Assembly: GCA_049598495.1 (NCBI GenBank)
Contig: JBMYNR010000012.1
Coordinates: forward strand, 1 to 43,825
Origin: Opitutales bacterium
GTDB taxonomy: Bacteria > Verrucomicrobiota > Verrucomicrobiia > Opitutales > Coraliomargaritaceae
Length of the DNA: 43,825 nucleotides
Direction of reading: 5' to 3'
The first letter of the stretch is position 1. Each line of letters opens with the position of its first letter. Position numbers and translations under genes: made by a program. Of this stretch, positions 1-9,103 are shown one piece after another. The notes beneath the pieces are model-generated. The model searched no databases. It was given only the letters and a program-made list of their open reading frames with translations, and had not been told where the DNA came from.

Positions 1-218
1 GCACTTCCCTGAGCCGGTCGGCGTTCCATGATCTTGCGTCGGATTTCTTCCTGAATACGCCGCTGCCGCTCGATCACGTCGGCCTCCTCATCCTCGCCGC
101 GCCGGCCTCGTGCCTGTGTCGGCTCCGACGTATCTTCCTCCTTTCCGGAAAATACATTTCCAAAAAAGTAGAATGCCGCAAAGATCAGCGGGATAAGAAT
201 TTCCAGAAGATTATCCAT
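1..218 (-). CDS. Partial hypothetical membrane-anchored protein downstream of floA (YqfB-like position); runs off the window
   Basis: Manual translation from ATG at 218 gives MDNLLEILIPLIFAAFYFFGNVFSGKEEDTSEP...ERQRRIQEEIRRKIMERR: an N-terminal TM helix then a charged coil, with no stop before base 1. Confidence 0.7.
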   Translation of the reverse strand, partial: MDNLLEILIPLIFAAFYFFGNVFSGKEEDTSEPTQARGRRGEDEEADVIERQRRIQEEIRRKIMERRPAQGS

Positions 219-236
219 AGGGATTAGACTTAAGAG

Positions 237-325
237 AGTAGAATTAAGAAAGAAGAGAGACGAAATGAAACTCGCACGATGAATCCCGATCGCCCCTTTC
301 TTCTCTCTACTTTCTTATTTCTTCT
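237..325. repeat. Imperfect inverted repeat built from purine-rich heptamers
   Basis: 237-265 AGTAGAATTAAGAAAGAAGAGAGACGAAA matches the reverse complement of 297-325 (AGAAGAAATAAGAAAGTAGAGAGAAGAAA) at 25/29. Confidence 0.8.
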
Positions 326-331
326 TTGAAT

Positions 332-1384
332 CTACGCTTTCTCGTCTCCTTTAGAGATCGAGTCACGCATATCGGTATCGGCCTTGATGTTATTCAGGCG
401 GTAGTAATCCATCACACCAAGGTTACCGGAGCGAAAGGCTTCGGCGAGTGCGAGCGGGACCTGTGCCTCGGCCTCAACAACCTTGGCGCTCATTTCTTCA
501 ACACGGGCCTTCATTTCCTGCTCGAGAGCAACGGCCGCGGCGCGGCGCATTTCAGCCTTGGCTTGAGCCACATTCTTGTCGGCCTCCGCTTGAGACTCTT
601 GGAGTTGGGCACCAATATTTTGGCCAACGTCCACATCGGCGATATCGATGGAGAGAATCTCGAAGGCTGTGCCGACATCGAGACCGCGCTCAAGAACAAC
701 TTTTGAAATACTATCTGGGGACTCGAGCACACTCTTGTAGGAGTCCGCCGAACCGATGGTGGTCACAATGCCCTCACCCACACGGGCGATGATGGTCTCC
801 TCTAGAGCGCTGCCGACGTAATTATCGAGATTGGAGCGCACCGTCACGCGGGCGCGTGCCTTGACTTGAATCCCATCCTTGGCCACGCCGTCGATCGTTG
901 CACGCCCGCCTCCTGAGGCGGGACACTCAATAACTTTCGGGTTAATGGAGGTGCGTACCGCTTCAAGCACGGACTTGCCGGTGCCCTTGGTCGCGAGATC
1001 GATCGCGCATGCGCGCTGCCAATCCAGCGCGATGTTCGCTTTGTCAGCCGCGATCAGTGCCTGGACCGTTTGGATGACATTGCCTTCCGCAAGGTAGTGA
1101 GCTTCCAGATCATTCGCGCTCAGTTCGATGCCCGCCTTTACCGCGGTGATACGGGCATCAACAATAACCGACGCCGGCACACCCCGCAGACGCATCGCGA
1201 CCAGTGTGGGGAAGCCAACAGGGGCCCCGGCAAGTAAGGCTCTCAACCAGATACTGAAGAAAGAAATAATAATAAAGAACCCGATCAGAAGGATGAGTCC
1301 TAAGATGGCGGCCGCGCCGATTTGCCAACCGGCGAGTGCTAGTGGCCAGTCGGCCAATGCGATGGGGAGGATTGTGGATGTCAT
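332..1384 (-). CDS. floA: Flotillin-like protein FloA (YqfA/UPF0365)
   Basis: Motifs [68 protein letters not shown]; adjacent to nfeD genes. Confidence 0.95.
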   Translation of the reverse strand: MTSTILPIALADWPLALAGWQIGAAAILGLILLIGFFIIISFFSIWLRALLAGAPVGFPTLVAMRLRGVPASVIVDARITAVKAGIELSANDLEAHYLAEGNVIQTVQALIAADKANIALDWQRACAIDLATKGTGKSVLEAVRTSINPKVIECPASGGGRATIDGVAKDGIQVKARARVTVRSNLDNYVGSALEETIIARVGEGIVTTIGSADSYKSVLESPDSISKVVLERGLDVGTAFEILSIDIADVDVGQNIGAQLQESQAEADKNVAQAKAEMRRAAAVALEQEMKARVEEMSAKVVEAEAQVPLALAEAFRSGNLGVMDYYRLNNIKADTDMRDSISKGDEKA

Positions 1385-1845
1385 AGTTTTTCGATGATGA
1401 GTTTAAAATTGTCACGCCCGGCGATACGGACGGGTTGATCGACTTCAATATAGCCGTCACGCGAATAAGCTACGTAGCTTTGCCCATCGATGGCAACCTT
1501 CCCGCTAGGATTTAAACGGGTCATCGTAATTGCTTCTCTGCCGACAATGGCATCCTCCGCCGGCGCCTCATTCGAATGGCCGGAGACAGAGGAGCGGAGA
1601 AAAAAAGCCGCGCCGATGGAAGTTCGAGCCAGCACTTTAAATTCAATGAAAACGAGGAGTGCCACGGCGAGAAGCGAGCCGACAAAAGTAAGACCCGCCG
1701 CGAGGGCACCGTACTGCACGCCGGCGATCCATGTGCCCAAAACCACGCAACCCGCCGCCACCAGACCGAGAATACCTCCGGGCAGGATGACTTCAAAAAA
1801 TACCAAGACAAGGGCCGCAGCGACCAATCCGATAATTGTACTCAT
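1381..1845 (-). CDS. Short NfeD-family protein (TM helices plus C-terminal OB fold)
   Basis: [14 protein letters not shown] motif and [15 protein letters not shown]-fold motif; 4-nt overlaps with both neighbours. Confidence 0.88.
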   Translation of the reverse strand: MSTIIGLVAAALVLVFFEVILPGGILGLVAAGCVVLGTWIAGVQYGALAAGLTFVGSLLAVALLVFIEFKVLARTSIGAAFFLRSSVSGHSNEAPAEDAIVGREAITMTRLNPSGKVAIDGQSYVAYSRDGYIEVDQPVRIAGRDNFKLIIEKL

Positions 1846-3281
1846 GCTTCGTCCTCCTCAACGACGAGACTGAAATCCGTGGACTGCTTCACGCGGACAG
1901 GGGTTCCCTTTTTAATGGTTCCCTGCGCACTGCGGGCTTCGTAGCGCTTGCCGTCGATCTCCACCCGTCCACTAGGAAAGAGATCCGTGACCGCAACGCC
2001 CCGCGCTCCCGACCTAGGGAGACACGACCGGCGAGCCCTGCGGATCACCTTGCCAGTGCCACCAGAGGCACTAGCGAGGACAAGTTTCCGCTCCATCCAA
2101 GAGCCCGGAAATAAGCGCGAAAGTAGTATCGCACCGAAGACCGCGATCGAGAGGCCAAAAACCAGATTAACCAATGGCTCCGCGAACAGCTCGGTCGAAA
2201 GCTTGATGGGCTCACCCGGCCAGATGTCGACCATCGCCCAAAGAAGCGAACCGAAGATCAGCAGCAGGCCGCTGATGGCAAAGACCAAGGTCCCGGGAAA
2301 GAAAAATACCTCGACAAGAACAAGGATGATCCCAAGGCCAAAGAAAACGATGATCTCGTTGCCCGCCAGCCCGGCGATGTATTGGCTGATAAAGAAGACG
2401 CCGAGCAGGACGATGCCGCCGATCCCGAAGATGCCAAAGCCGGGTGTCTTGAACTCGAAAAACAACATGAGCATGCCGATACCGAGCAAGGCAGGGGCAA
2501 AGGTGTTCATCCACTTGGCGATGTTCTCCGAGTAGGTAATGCTGAAATCCTTCACCTCGTAATTGCCCGGGCCAAAGCGGGCATCCAGTAAATCATCGAC
2601 CGAGTCGTGAATTCCCTTGCCGAGCAGTGGCTGGGCCGGCTCGCCATATTCCTTCATCGCTTCTTTCGCCGTGAGAGTCAGCAACTCCCCCGCTGGCTTA
2701 ATCACTTCGTCCCCAATCTTCAGTTCAAAGTCCGCGTCCAACATGGCTCGGATGACATCGGAGCGAAAAGGATAGTCTTCCGTCATTACCCGGATGTTGG
2801 CGCGCAGATAACTTTCGATTTTCATCCGCATGGCCTCCGGGACATCCTGCCCCGTGCCTTGAATGACGGCAGAAGACCCCATTTTTCCCTGAGGCGCGAA
2901 GTAGATCTCCTGGGTCGCTGCAGCAATAAAGGAGCCCGCGGAAATCGCATCGACATTAACGTAGGTCGCCGTGATGCCGTCGAACTTAGCCAACATCTCC
3001 ATCATCTCGATGGTAATATCAACCCGACCACCGGGCGTATCCATGTCGAGTAAGACCATCTCGACATCGTTCTCAATGGCTTCCTTCAGGCCGCGCCGGA
3101 GAATATACAGGTTTGGCTTGCTGATCGCATCGGTGATCGGAATCACGTAAACGTCGACCACGCCATCGCCGGATTTAATGACAGCAGGCAATGCCTCGGA
3201 GGCAGGTCTAGGCACCTCCCCTGAAGTGGTGAAGCTAAGACCGATGAAAAGCAAAAAAGCCGTTAGACGACGAAGGAACAT
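1842..3281 (-). CDS. Long NfeD-family membrane-bound ClpP-class serine protease (YqeZ-like)
   Basis: [32 protein letters not shown] and [13 protein letters not shown] motifs; start set at ATG 3281, which begins a signal-like sequence ([12 protein letters not shown]). Confidence 0.9.
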   Translation of the reverse strand: MFLRRLTAFLLFIGLSFTTSGEVPRPASEALPAVIKSGDGVVDVYVIPITDAISKPNLYILRRGLKEAIENDVEMVLLDMDTPGGRVDITIEMMEMLAKFDGITATYVNVDAISAGSFIAAATQEIYFAPQGKMGSSAVIQGTGQDVPEAMRMKIESYLRANIRVMTEDYPFRSDVIRAMLDADFELKIGDEVIKPAGELLTLTAKEAMKEYGEPAQPLLGKGIHDSVDDLLDARFGPGNYEVKDFSITYSENIAKWMNTFAPALLGIGMLMLFFEFKTPGFGIFGIGGIVLLGVFFISQYIAGLAGNEIIVFFGLGIILVLVEVFFFPGTLVFAISGLLLIFGSLLWAMVDIWPGEPIKLSTELFAEPLVNLVFGLSIAVFGAILLSRLFPGSWMERKLVLASASGGTGKVIRRARRSCLPRSGARGVAVTDLFPSGRVEIDGKRYEARSAQGTIKKGTPVRVKQSTDFSLVVEEDEA

Positions 3282-3395
3282 GTAGTTAAAATAAGTATAA
3301 TGGCTTCCTCGTGAAAGCAAGCACCCTTGAACAAATCGACCGATCTTAATCGCGGGTATAAGCGATACGTGTTGAGCGCGAAGTCTCGAACGAGC

Positions 3396-3527
3396 CAACC
3401 ACGCAGGCACGGCAACGGAGTGCCGTGGCTACACCCAACCAACGATGTAGCCGCCTCACTCTGTTGAGGCGCGTGTCGTGCTGGCCAACAACCACGCAGG
3501 CACGGCAACGGAGCGCCGCGGTTGCAC
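3396..3527. repeat. Cluster of three alternating GTAG-type REP-like hairpins
   Basis: Minus 3408-3432 GTAG-C-CACGGCA-CTCCGT-TGCCGTG; plus 3447-3471 GTAG-C-CGCCTCA-CTCTGT-TGAGGCG; degenerate minus copy at 3501-3525; 3396-3434 and 3489-3527 are direct repeats. Confidence 0.8.
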
Positions 3528-3581
3528 CTGCGCGTCAGATTCGACTTCCCTCAAAGAGAGAATGCGACTTACTGGGACGCT

Positions 3582-4508
3582 ATGGAAATCATCGACTATC
3601 ATGGTGTGCCGCTCCACCGTTGGAACTGCGGCCCGTCCACCTATCTTGCCCGGCCGGAGCTCGGCGCTCGGCTCATGAACTGGAACCTCAAGATGGCTGA
3701 CGGATCAGTAAGAGATATCATCCACTGGCCAGAAGATGCCGATTTTGATCGTTTTGCCAAAGTACGAGGCGGAAATCCAATTCTATTTCCATTTTCGGCA
3801 CGGACCTATAACGCGGGCAAGATCGGGGAGTGGAAGGACCAGAAAGGCATCGTCCGCCCCATGCCGCAGCACGGCTTTACTCGCAATGGACGTTTCAATA
3901 TGACCAAAGCTGACGAAACCGGTTTTACAGCGGAGTTGGTGCCTGATGCCGTCGACGACGAAGCCTACCCCTTCAACTATCGCTTCACCGTGCGCTATGT
4001 CTTCGAAGAAGTATCGCTGCGTGTCTACCTGAGGCTCGATAATCTCGGCGACGAGCCTATCCTGTGGTCGGCCGGGCATCACTTTTATTTTACCCTGCCC
4101 TGGCATGCGGGACTCAAGCGCTCTGATTATCGTTTCAAAATACCCGCAAAGAAGTGTTTCACCCATGCGCCCGACGGCAGCTTGCTGCCGGTTGAAAAAG
4201 GCTGGGAAAAGGACGGCTCTTTCGGAAACCCGGAAAATACAGATCGTATCTATACCCGGCTGAAGGGAGACACCGCGGTCTTTGGCCCCAATGGAGGGGA
4301 GGAGGATATCGGTATCCGAATCCTAAGCGATACGAGCACCTATTCCACATGGAATGCGTTCGTCGTCTGGACAGAGTCTGCGGGCAGCCCCTTCTATTGT
4401 GTCGAGCCCTGGATGGGGCCCCCGAACAGTCCCGAACACGGCAAGGGCCTCCACGCGGTAAGCGGCGGAGAAAAGGCAACTTTCGGAGTAGAAGTGGCGC
4501 TATTGTAG
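3582..4508 (+). CDS. Aldose 1-epimerase / galactose mutarotase-like protein
   Basis: [24 protein letters not shown] and FYCVEPW motifs; start set at ATG 3582. Confidence 0.9.
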   Translation: MEIIDYHGVPLHRWNCGPSTYLARPELGARLMNWNLKMADGSVRDIIHWPEDADFDRFAKVRGGNPILFPFSARTYNAGKIGEWKDQKGIVRPMPQHGFTRNGRFNMTKADETGFTAELVPDAVDDEAYPFNYRFTVRYVFEEVSLRVYLRLDNLGDEPILWSAGHHFYFTLPWHAGLKRSDYRFKIPAKKCFTHAPDGSLLPVEKGWEKDGSFGNPENTDRIYTRLKGDTAVFGPNGGEEDIGIRILSDTSTYSTWNAFVVWTESAGSPFYCVEPWMGPPNSPEHGKGLHAVSGGEKATFGVEVALL

Positions 4509-4532
4509 CGGACGCAGTCCGCTACAATAGCG
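4498..4532 (+). terminator. Perfect 16-bp hairpin overlapping the epimerase stop codon (terminator-like or REP-derived)
   Basis: CGCTATTGTAGCGGAC-GCA-GTCCGCTACAATAGCG; no U-tract follows. Confidence 0.5.
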
Positions 4533-4650
4533 ATGGCGAATAAATGAGGAATGAAGACGGATTCACATCAGCTATCGCTGACGTGCTACACTTTTTGGCA
4601 TCCGTCATCATTCATTCGAGATCATTCATCATTCCTCCGCCATCATTTAT
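4532..4650. repeat. ATGA/TCAT short-period imperfect inverted repeat region
   Basis: Left arm GATGGCGAATAAATGAGGAATGAAGACGGAT; right arm ATCCGTCATCATTCATT...ATCATTCATCATTCCTCCGCCATC. Confidence 0.7.
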
Positions 4651-4707
4651 CCCTAAAATTAACTCTGGAAATGCGCCAAATGGCTGTCACAATACTGTTC
4701 TTCGTAT

Positions 4708-6054
4708 ATGAAGATCATCATTGTAGGAGCCGGCGAGGTCGGCCATAATCTGTGCCACACCTTGGCAGCAGCCGGGCACGATGTGACGCTGATAGAACAG
4801 TCCGAGCAGCGCTGCGAAACACTCGATGAAGAGCAGAACGCCCGCATCATACACGGCAACGGGAGCTCAGCGGGGCAGCTTGTTGACGTGGATGTGGCCG
4901 AGTGCGATGCCTTTCTCGCGATGACGAGTGATGACCGCACCAATATTATCTCCTGTTCACTGGCCAAGGGGCTGGGCGCAAAGAACACCATTGCTCGGAT
5001 TCACGACGAAACCTATAGCGACAACTCGTTCATCAACTACCAGCTACATTTCGGGATCGATCTTTTGGTGAATCCTGAAGCGATCTGCGCGGTCGAATTG
5101 GCCAAAGAAATACGCAGCGCCGGACGGGTCGCTGTAGAGAACTTTGCCCGCGGGCAAATTGAGGTACACCGACAGCGGGTGGCTCCCGGCTCAAAGCTGG
5201 TCGGCCGGAAACTGAAAGACATCAAGCTGGATAACCGCGTCCGCATCGGCTATATTCAAAGGGGTAGCGAGACCGAATTAGCCCATGCAGAATCGGCCCT
5301 CAAAGAAGGCGATACCGTTACCCTCTTCGGCCACCCCGATGCGCTCTTTACGCTGCGCGAGCGCTTCGACCCAAAGCATAAGATCGACTTTGCAAGAGTG
5401 GTGCTCTTCGGGGGCAGCGAGACCGCCATTAATCTCATCAAGCTACTGACGAATCCGCGCTTCAAAATTCGGGTCATCGAGAAGGATCCGGATCGCTGCC
5501 GAGACCTCGCTGAGCGCTTCCCACAGGTCACGGTCATTCATGGGGATGCCACTTCACTTCGCCTTCTTGAAGAGGAGCAAATCGGGAGCGCCAACTACTT
5601 CGTCGCTTGTACAAAGGACGACGAGGAAAATATCCTCACTTGCATCCAAGCCTCTAAGCTTGGGGCAGAACACGTGCAGCTCGTGATCAACAAGGGCGAC
5701 TACAATGACCTGTTCGACATGCTCAGGACGAGGCTCGACATTGAGGTCGTTGTCTCTCCACGCAGCGCAACGGCTGATTACATGCTGCGCAACCTATCCA
5801 CCGAGCCAATTGCCACTCTGGCCAAGATATCCGGCGGCGGACACGTCCTGGAAGTGCGCATCGGGCACTCGAGCCCGGTCGTCGGGCGCCAGATCCGGGA
5901 CATCCGCCTACCCCACGGCTGCCTCTTCGTCGCACTCCTGCATAAGTTCAAAGCCAAAGTGCCCGCCGCGGACGACACCATTCTCGCGGGCGACCGCGTC
6001 GTTGTTATCGTCGACAAGGATCAGGAGAAGGCGCTGAAAGAAGTGCTCGTTTAG
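4708..6054 (+). CDS. trkA: Trk potassium uptake NAD-binding subunit TrkA
   Basis: [12 protein letters not shown]ossmann motif; two RCK-N/RCK-C repeats over 448 aa; upstream of trkH. Confidence 0.95.
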   Translation: MKIIIVGAGEVGHNLCHTLAAAGHDVTLIEQSEQRCETLDEEQNARIIHGNGSSAGQLVDVDVAECDAFLAMTSDDRTNIISCSLAKGLGAKNTIARIHDETYSDNSFINYQLHFGIDLLVNPEAICAVELAKEIRSAGRVAVENFARGQIEVHRQRVAPGSKLVGRKLKDIKLDNRVRIGYIQRGSETELAHAESALKEGDTVTLFGHPDALFTLRERFDPKHKIDFARVVLFGGSETAINLIKLLTNPRFKIRVIEKDPDRCRDLAERFPQVTVIHGDATSLRLLEEEQIGSANYFVACTKDDEENILTCIQASKLGAEHVQLVINKGDYNDLFDMLRTRLDIEVVVSPRSATADYMLRNLSTEPIATLAKISGGGHVLEVRIGHSSPVVGRQIRDIRLPHGCLFVALLHKFKAKVPAADDTILAGDRVVVIVDKDQEKALKEVLV

Positions 6055-6480
6055 ATGGAATAAGGGAAGCAGGAAACAAGGAAGATGGAACTGGAGAAAC
6101 TAACCGAAAAAGTAATCGGTTGCGCCATCAGAGTCCACAGATCACTCGGTCCCGGCTTTCTGGAGAGCATCTACGAGAATGCCCTCAAGGTTGAATTAAA
6201 GCTCAGCAATCTGGATTTCGAACATCAAAAGGAATTACCCGTCGTATACAATGGCCACGAGGTCGGCAGCCATCGCTACGACATATTGGTTTCCGGCCAA
6301 CTTATCGTGGAGCTCAAGGCAATTTCCGCATTACAAGACATCCACTTCGTACAAGTCCGTAGTTATCTAACCGCACTCAACCTTAAACACGGCCTGCTCC
6401 TAAAATTTTCGACCATGCCACTGACTATCAAGCGAGTGATTCGCTAATGTCTTTCATGCTTTCCTGCTTTCCTAATTCAT
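6055..6480. mobile_element. Putative inverted-repeat-bounded GxxExxY cassette between trkA and trkH
   Basis: 6058-6084 GAATAAGGGAAGCAGGAAACAAGGAAG matches the reverse complement of 6451-6478 (GAATTAGGAAAGCAGGAAAGCATGAAAG) at 23/28; 8-nt unit AGGAAAGC; mobility is inferred. Confidence 0.55.
6085..6447 (+). CDS. GxxExxY protein (PD-(D/E)XK nuclease-like family)
   Basis: VHRSLGPGFLESIYENAL (GxxExxY), YDILV...IVELKA (D...ExK), QVRSYL; 120 aa. Confidence 0.93.
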   Translation: MELEKLTEKVIGCAIRVHRSLGPGFLESIYENALKVELKLSNLDFEHQKELPVVYNGHEVGSHRYDILVSGQLIVELKAISALQDIHFVQVRSYLTALNLKHGLLLKFSTMPLTIKRVIR

Positions 6481-6496
6481 ACCCGCCGATTCTAAA

Positions 6497-7966
6497 ATGA
6501 ATACCGCGATCATATACAGACTACTTAGCATGGTCTTGCTCGCACTCTCAGGAGCCTTTCTCCTTTGCATTGCGGTCGGCCTGATCATGGGCGAGACACT
6601 CAGCAGCCCCTCATTGAAGGCCTTTGAGATCACTATTGGGGTTGCGATCGGTTTGTCAGTGATCTTTCACCTGCTCGGCCGCAGGGGGAAGGCGAAGCTC
6701 TTCCGCCGGGAAGCGCTCTGCGCAATTGGCCTTTCCTGGATCTTAGCGACGCTGATCGGCGCGATTCCCTATATCCTAACGGTGCGTTGCGACTTATCCG
6801 ATGGTCTCTTTGAAAGTGCCTCCGGACTGACCACGACGGGGGCGACCGCCTTCAATAACTTCGCCGAGTTTCCTGCCAGCCTACTTTTCTGGCGATCGCT
6901 CAGCCAATGGGTCGGCGGCCTTGGGGTCGTCGTTTTTTTCGTCGCCATCCTTAGTTCATTGGGTGCGGGCGCAAAGATTCTCTTCAGTAATGAATCCTCC
7001 GGCACCTCAGCGGATTTTGACCAAGGGCGCATTCAAAAAGGTGCCCGGGATCTGATGCTCTTTTATCTGGGTATTTCCGGTGCCTGTGTCCTTGCTTACC
7101 GGATTGGAGGGATGGACTGGTTTCAAGCCATCAACCATGCCATGACGACCGTAGCCACCGGTGGTTTCAGCACCGAGGCCGATAGCATCGGGGCCTTCCA
7201 AAGCGCAACCATCGAATGGATCGCGATCATCTTCATGGCGCTGAGCGCGACAACCTTTGTTTACATGATTCGACTCATTCGCGGTCGCTTCCACACAGCG
7301 ACACAAAACCGTGAAATCTTTTGGTTCTATACCATGCTCGTCGCCAGCACCGGTTTGTTAACTCTCTACCTGGTGGAACTCACGGGTAAATTGCCAAACG
7401 CCGACAGTATCCGCACTGCGGCCTTCCAAGCCACCTCAATCATGACGACAACGGGATATTCGTCCGTCGATTTCGACGCCTGGTTGGCACCTGCCAAAAT
7501 GCTGCTCATCATCCTTATGTTCATCGGAGGTTGCTCGGGTTCCACGGCCGGTGGCGTCAAGGTCGTTCGAATCGTCATCGCCCTTCGCGCGGCAGCTCGA
7601 AGTGTCGCCCAGGCGTTTCGCCCCAATGTGACGATTCCGATGCGCATGGGCGGCCAGCATCTCAGTGAGAACGCCATTCATAATGTCATCCTTTTTCTTG
7701 TATTGATGGCAGCACTACAGATATTCTCGATGCTCTTCGTTTCTGCACTGGAACCGAGCATAAGTTTTCTCGGGGTTTTCTCATGCGTGCAAGCGACCCT
7801 CTTTAATATCGGACCCGGCTTTGAGGCTGTTGGGCCAACCGAGAATTTCCACTTTCTACGGCCAACGACAAAGGTGTTCCTTAGCCTACTGATGATCCTC
7901 GGCCGCCTCGAACTCTATGCCGTGATGGTGCTCTTCATCCCTACCGTGTGGCGACGCTTCTCTTGA
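6497..7966 (+). CDS. trkH: Trk potassium uptake membrane subunit TrkH
   Basis: Four pore-loop motifs [32 protein letters not shown]; also [12 protein letters not shown] and GRLEL. Confidence 0.95.
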   Translation: MNTAIIYRLLSMVLLALSGAFLLCIAVGLIMGETLSSPSLKAFEITIGVAIGLSVIFHLLGRRGKAKLFRREALCAIGLSWILATLIGAIPYILTVRCDLSDGLFESASGLTTTGATAFNNFAEFPASLLFWRSLSQWVGGLGVVVFFVAILSSLGAGAKILFSNESSGTSADFDQGRIQKGARDLMLFYLGISGACVLAYRIGGMDWFQAINHAMTTVATGGFSTEADSIGAFQSATIEWIAIIFMALSATTFVYMIRLIRGRFHTATQNREIFWFYTMLVASTGLLTLYLVELTGKLPNADSIRTAAFQATSIMTTTGYSSVDFDAWLAPAKMLLIILMFIGGCSGSTAGGVKVVRIVIALRAAARSVAQAFRPNVTIPMRMGGQHLSENAIHNVILFLVLMAALQIFSMLFVSALEPSISFLGVFSCVQATLFNIGPGFEAVGPTENFHFLRPTTKVFLSLLMILGRLELYAVMVLFIPTVWRRFS

Positions 7967-7989
7967 GCGGCCGGAGACTGCTCAAGAGA

Positions 7990-8090
7990 AGCGGAGGACG
8001 GATAGCTGAGGACAAATGGCCGAAACAGAAGTCACAGAGCCATCATTCATCCGTCATTTTCATCCGCCATCACTCATCATTCATCATCCC
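7990..8090. repeat. ATGA/TCAT short-period repeat region, same family as 4532-4650
   Basis: CCATCATTCATCCGTCATTTTCATCCGCCATCACTCATCATTCATCATCC shares CATCCGTCAT, TCCGCCATCA and ATCATTCATCAT with 4599-4648. Confidence 0.7.
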
Positions 8091-8370
8091 CACGGCGTAG
8101 CCATGCAATCGTCGCGCCCCAAGCGCCCTCCCCCTGGCCTGCTAACTCGAAGTGTTCCACACACGGATTCTTGCGTAAGATTGCGTGCACCCTGTCTCGC
8201 AAGGTGCCGATACCCTTCCCGTGGATGATCCTTACCCGAAAGAAGCCCTTATCCTGAGCTAGCTCGATGTAGTCAGGCACGAGTTCACCGACCTCCGAAG
8301 GGCGAAAGGTATGCAGATCGAGCTCATCGGTGATCTCGAATTCGATTGGTTCTTCGGAACTCTCAGGCAT
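8077..8370 (-). CDS. Smr/MutS2 C-terminal domain protein
   Basis: ELDLHTF, VRIIHGKGIGTLR and GAWGAT motifs; 97 aa. Confidence 0.92.
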   Translation of the reverse strand: MPESSEEPIEFEITDELDLHTFRPSEVGELVPDYIELAQDKGFFRVRIIHGKGIGTLRDRVHAILRKNPCVEHFELAGQGEGAWGATIAWLRRGDDE

Positions 8371-9103
8371 ACGCGCTGCTCCATTTCCAATCGGCAGGCT
8401 TTCTACAGAAGCCCGCCTTTACAGGGTTCATGTGAATATAATCGACGACATCATCGAAATGTTTTTCGTTGCGTATGTAACGATCCCAATACTCTGGATG
8501 CCATAATGGAGATTTGGCTGTTGTCCCGGGATCGCGAATCTCCGTATTCGCTCTAAGCCATTTCTGGATCTCCGTCGCGGTAAACTTTTTCCAAGAAGCT
8601 ACAATCTTCGCCATCGACCAATCTGATAATGGTTGAAAGAGAACATGAAAGTGATTTGGCATGACACACCACGCTAGGAGTCGGTAACGTAGGCCATCAA
8701 AGTGCAGAAAGGCATTTTCCACGATTTCAGCGCAAGCAGTCTCACGCAGATGGCAGGCCCCGTGCCCAGCATCGATCCATTCATTGAGCCGTATTCGTCG
8801 CTCAACAGCCCGCTCCTCGTCGGGCATCGCTTCAATCCTCTCATCAATGCGTTTAATCACCGACTTTGGTAAGCTATCCGCTAAATGCACAGTGACATGC
8901 TGGATATGCGTTCCACTATCGAAATGCGGGATGTAGCCTCGCGAATTCCAGCCTCTGGAGCAGCTCGGGAGAGCTGCGGTCCCGGGATCGCGAATCTCCG
9001 TATTCGCTCTTACAGCTGACTCCGACGCAGAGCAGCTCGGGAGAGCTGCGGTCCCGGGATCGCGAATCTCCGTATTCGCTCTTACAGCGGGATCAAGCTT
9101 CAT
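8363..9103 (-). CDS. REP-associated tyrosine transposase (RAYT, HUH/Y1 superfamily)
   Basis: WNSRGYIPHFD, HLADSLP, WCVMPNHFHVL (HUH), SWKKFTA, YWDRYIRN, YIHMNPVKAG (catalytic Tyr), WKWSS; ATG 9103 is preceded by AAGGAGGAGG and overlaps the rmuC stop. Confidence 0.9.
   Translation of the reverse strand: MKLDPAVRANTEIRDPGTAALPSCSASESAVRANTEIRDPGTAALPSCSRGWNSRGYIPHFDSGTHIQHVTVHLADSLPKSVIKRIDERIEAMPDEERAVERRIRLNEWIDAGHGACHLRETACAEIVENAFLHFDGLRYRLLAWCVMPNHFHVLFQPLSDWSMAKIVASWKKFTATEIQKWLRANTEIRDPGTTAKSPLWHPEYWDRYIRNEKHFDDVVDYIHMNPVKAGFCRKPADWKWSSAYA
8523..8554. repeat. Single REP-like hairpin inside the RAYT coding sequence
   Basis: GTCCCGGGATCGCGAATCTCCGTATTCGCTCT is identical to part of the 8958-9016 and 9030-9088 units. 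Confidence 0.9.
8958..9088. repeat. Two identical 59-bp back-to-back REP doublets, 72-bp period
   Basis: GAGCAGCTCGGGAGAGCTGCGGTCCCGGGATCGCGAATCTCCGTATTCGCTCTTACAGC at 8958-9016 and 9030-9088; hairpins GCAGCT/AGCTGC and GCGAAT/ATTCGC. Confidence 0.92.

Noticed and set aside
3282..3581. Extended starts of nfeD (3410) and the epimerase (3522), and small ORFs here
   Set aside because: They run through the REP cluster and promoter region; downstream ATGs fit the families better.
8958..9088. CRISPR array
   Set aside because: Only two 59-bp units with a 13-nt linker, no cas genes, and they lie in a RAYT ORF; better explained as REPs.
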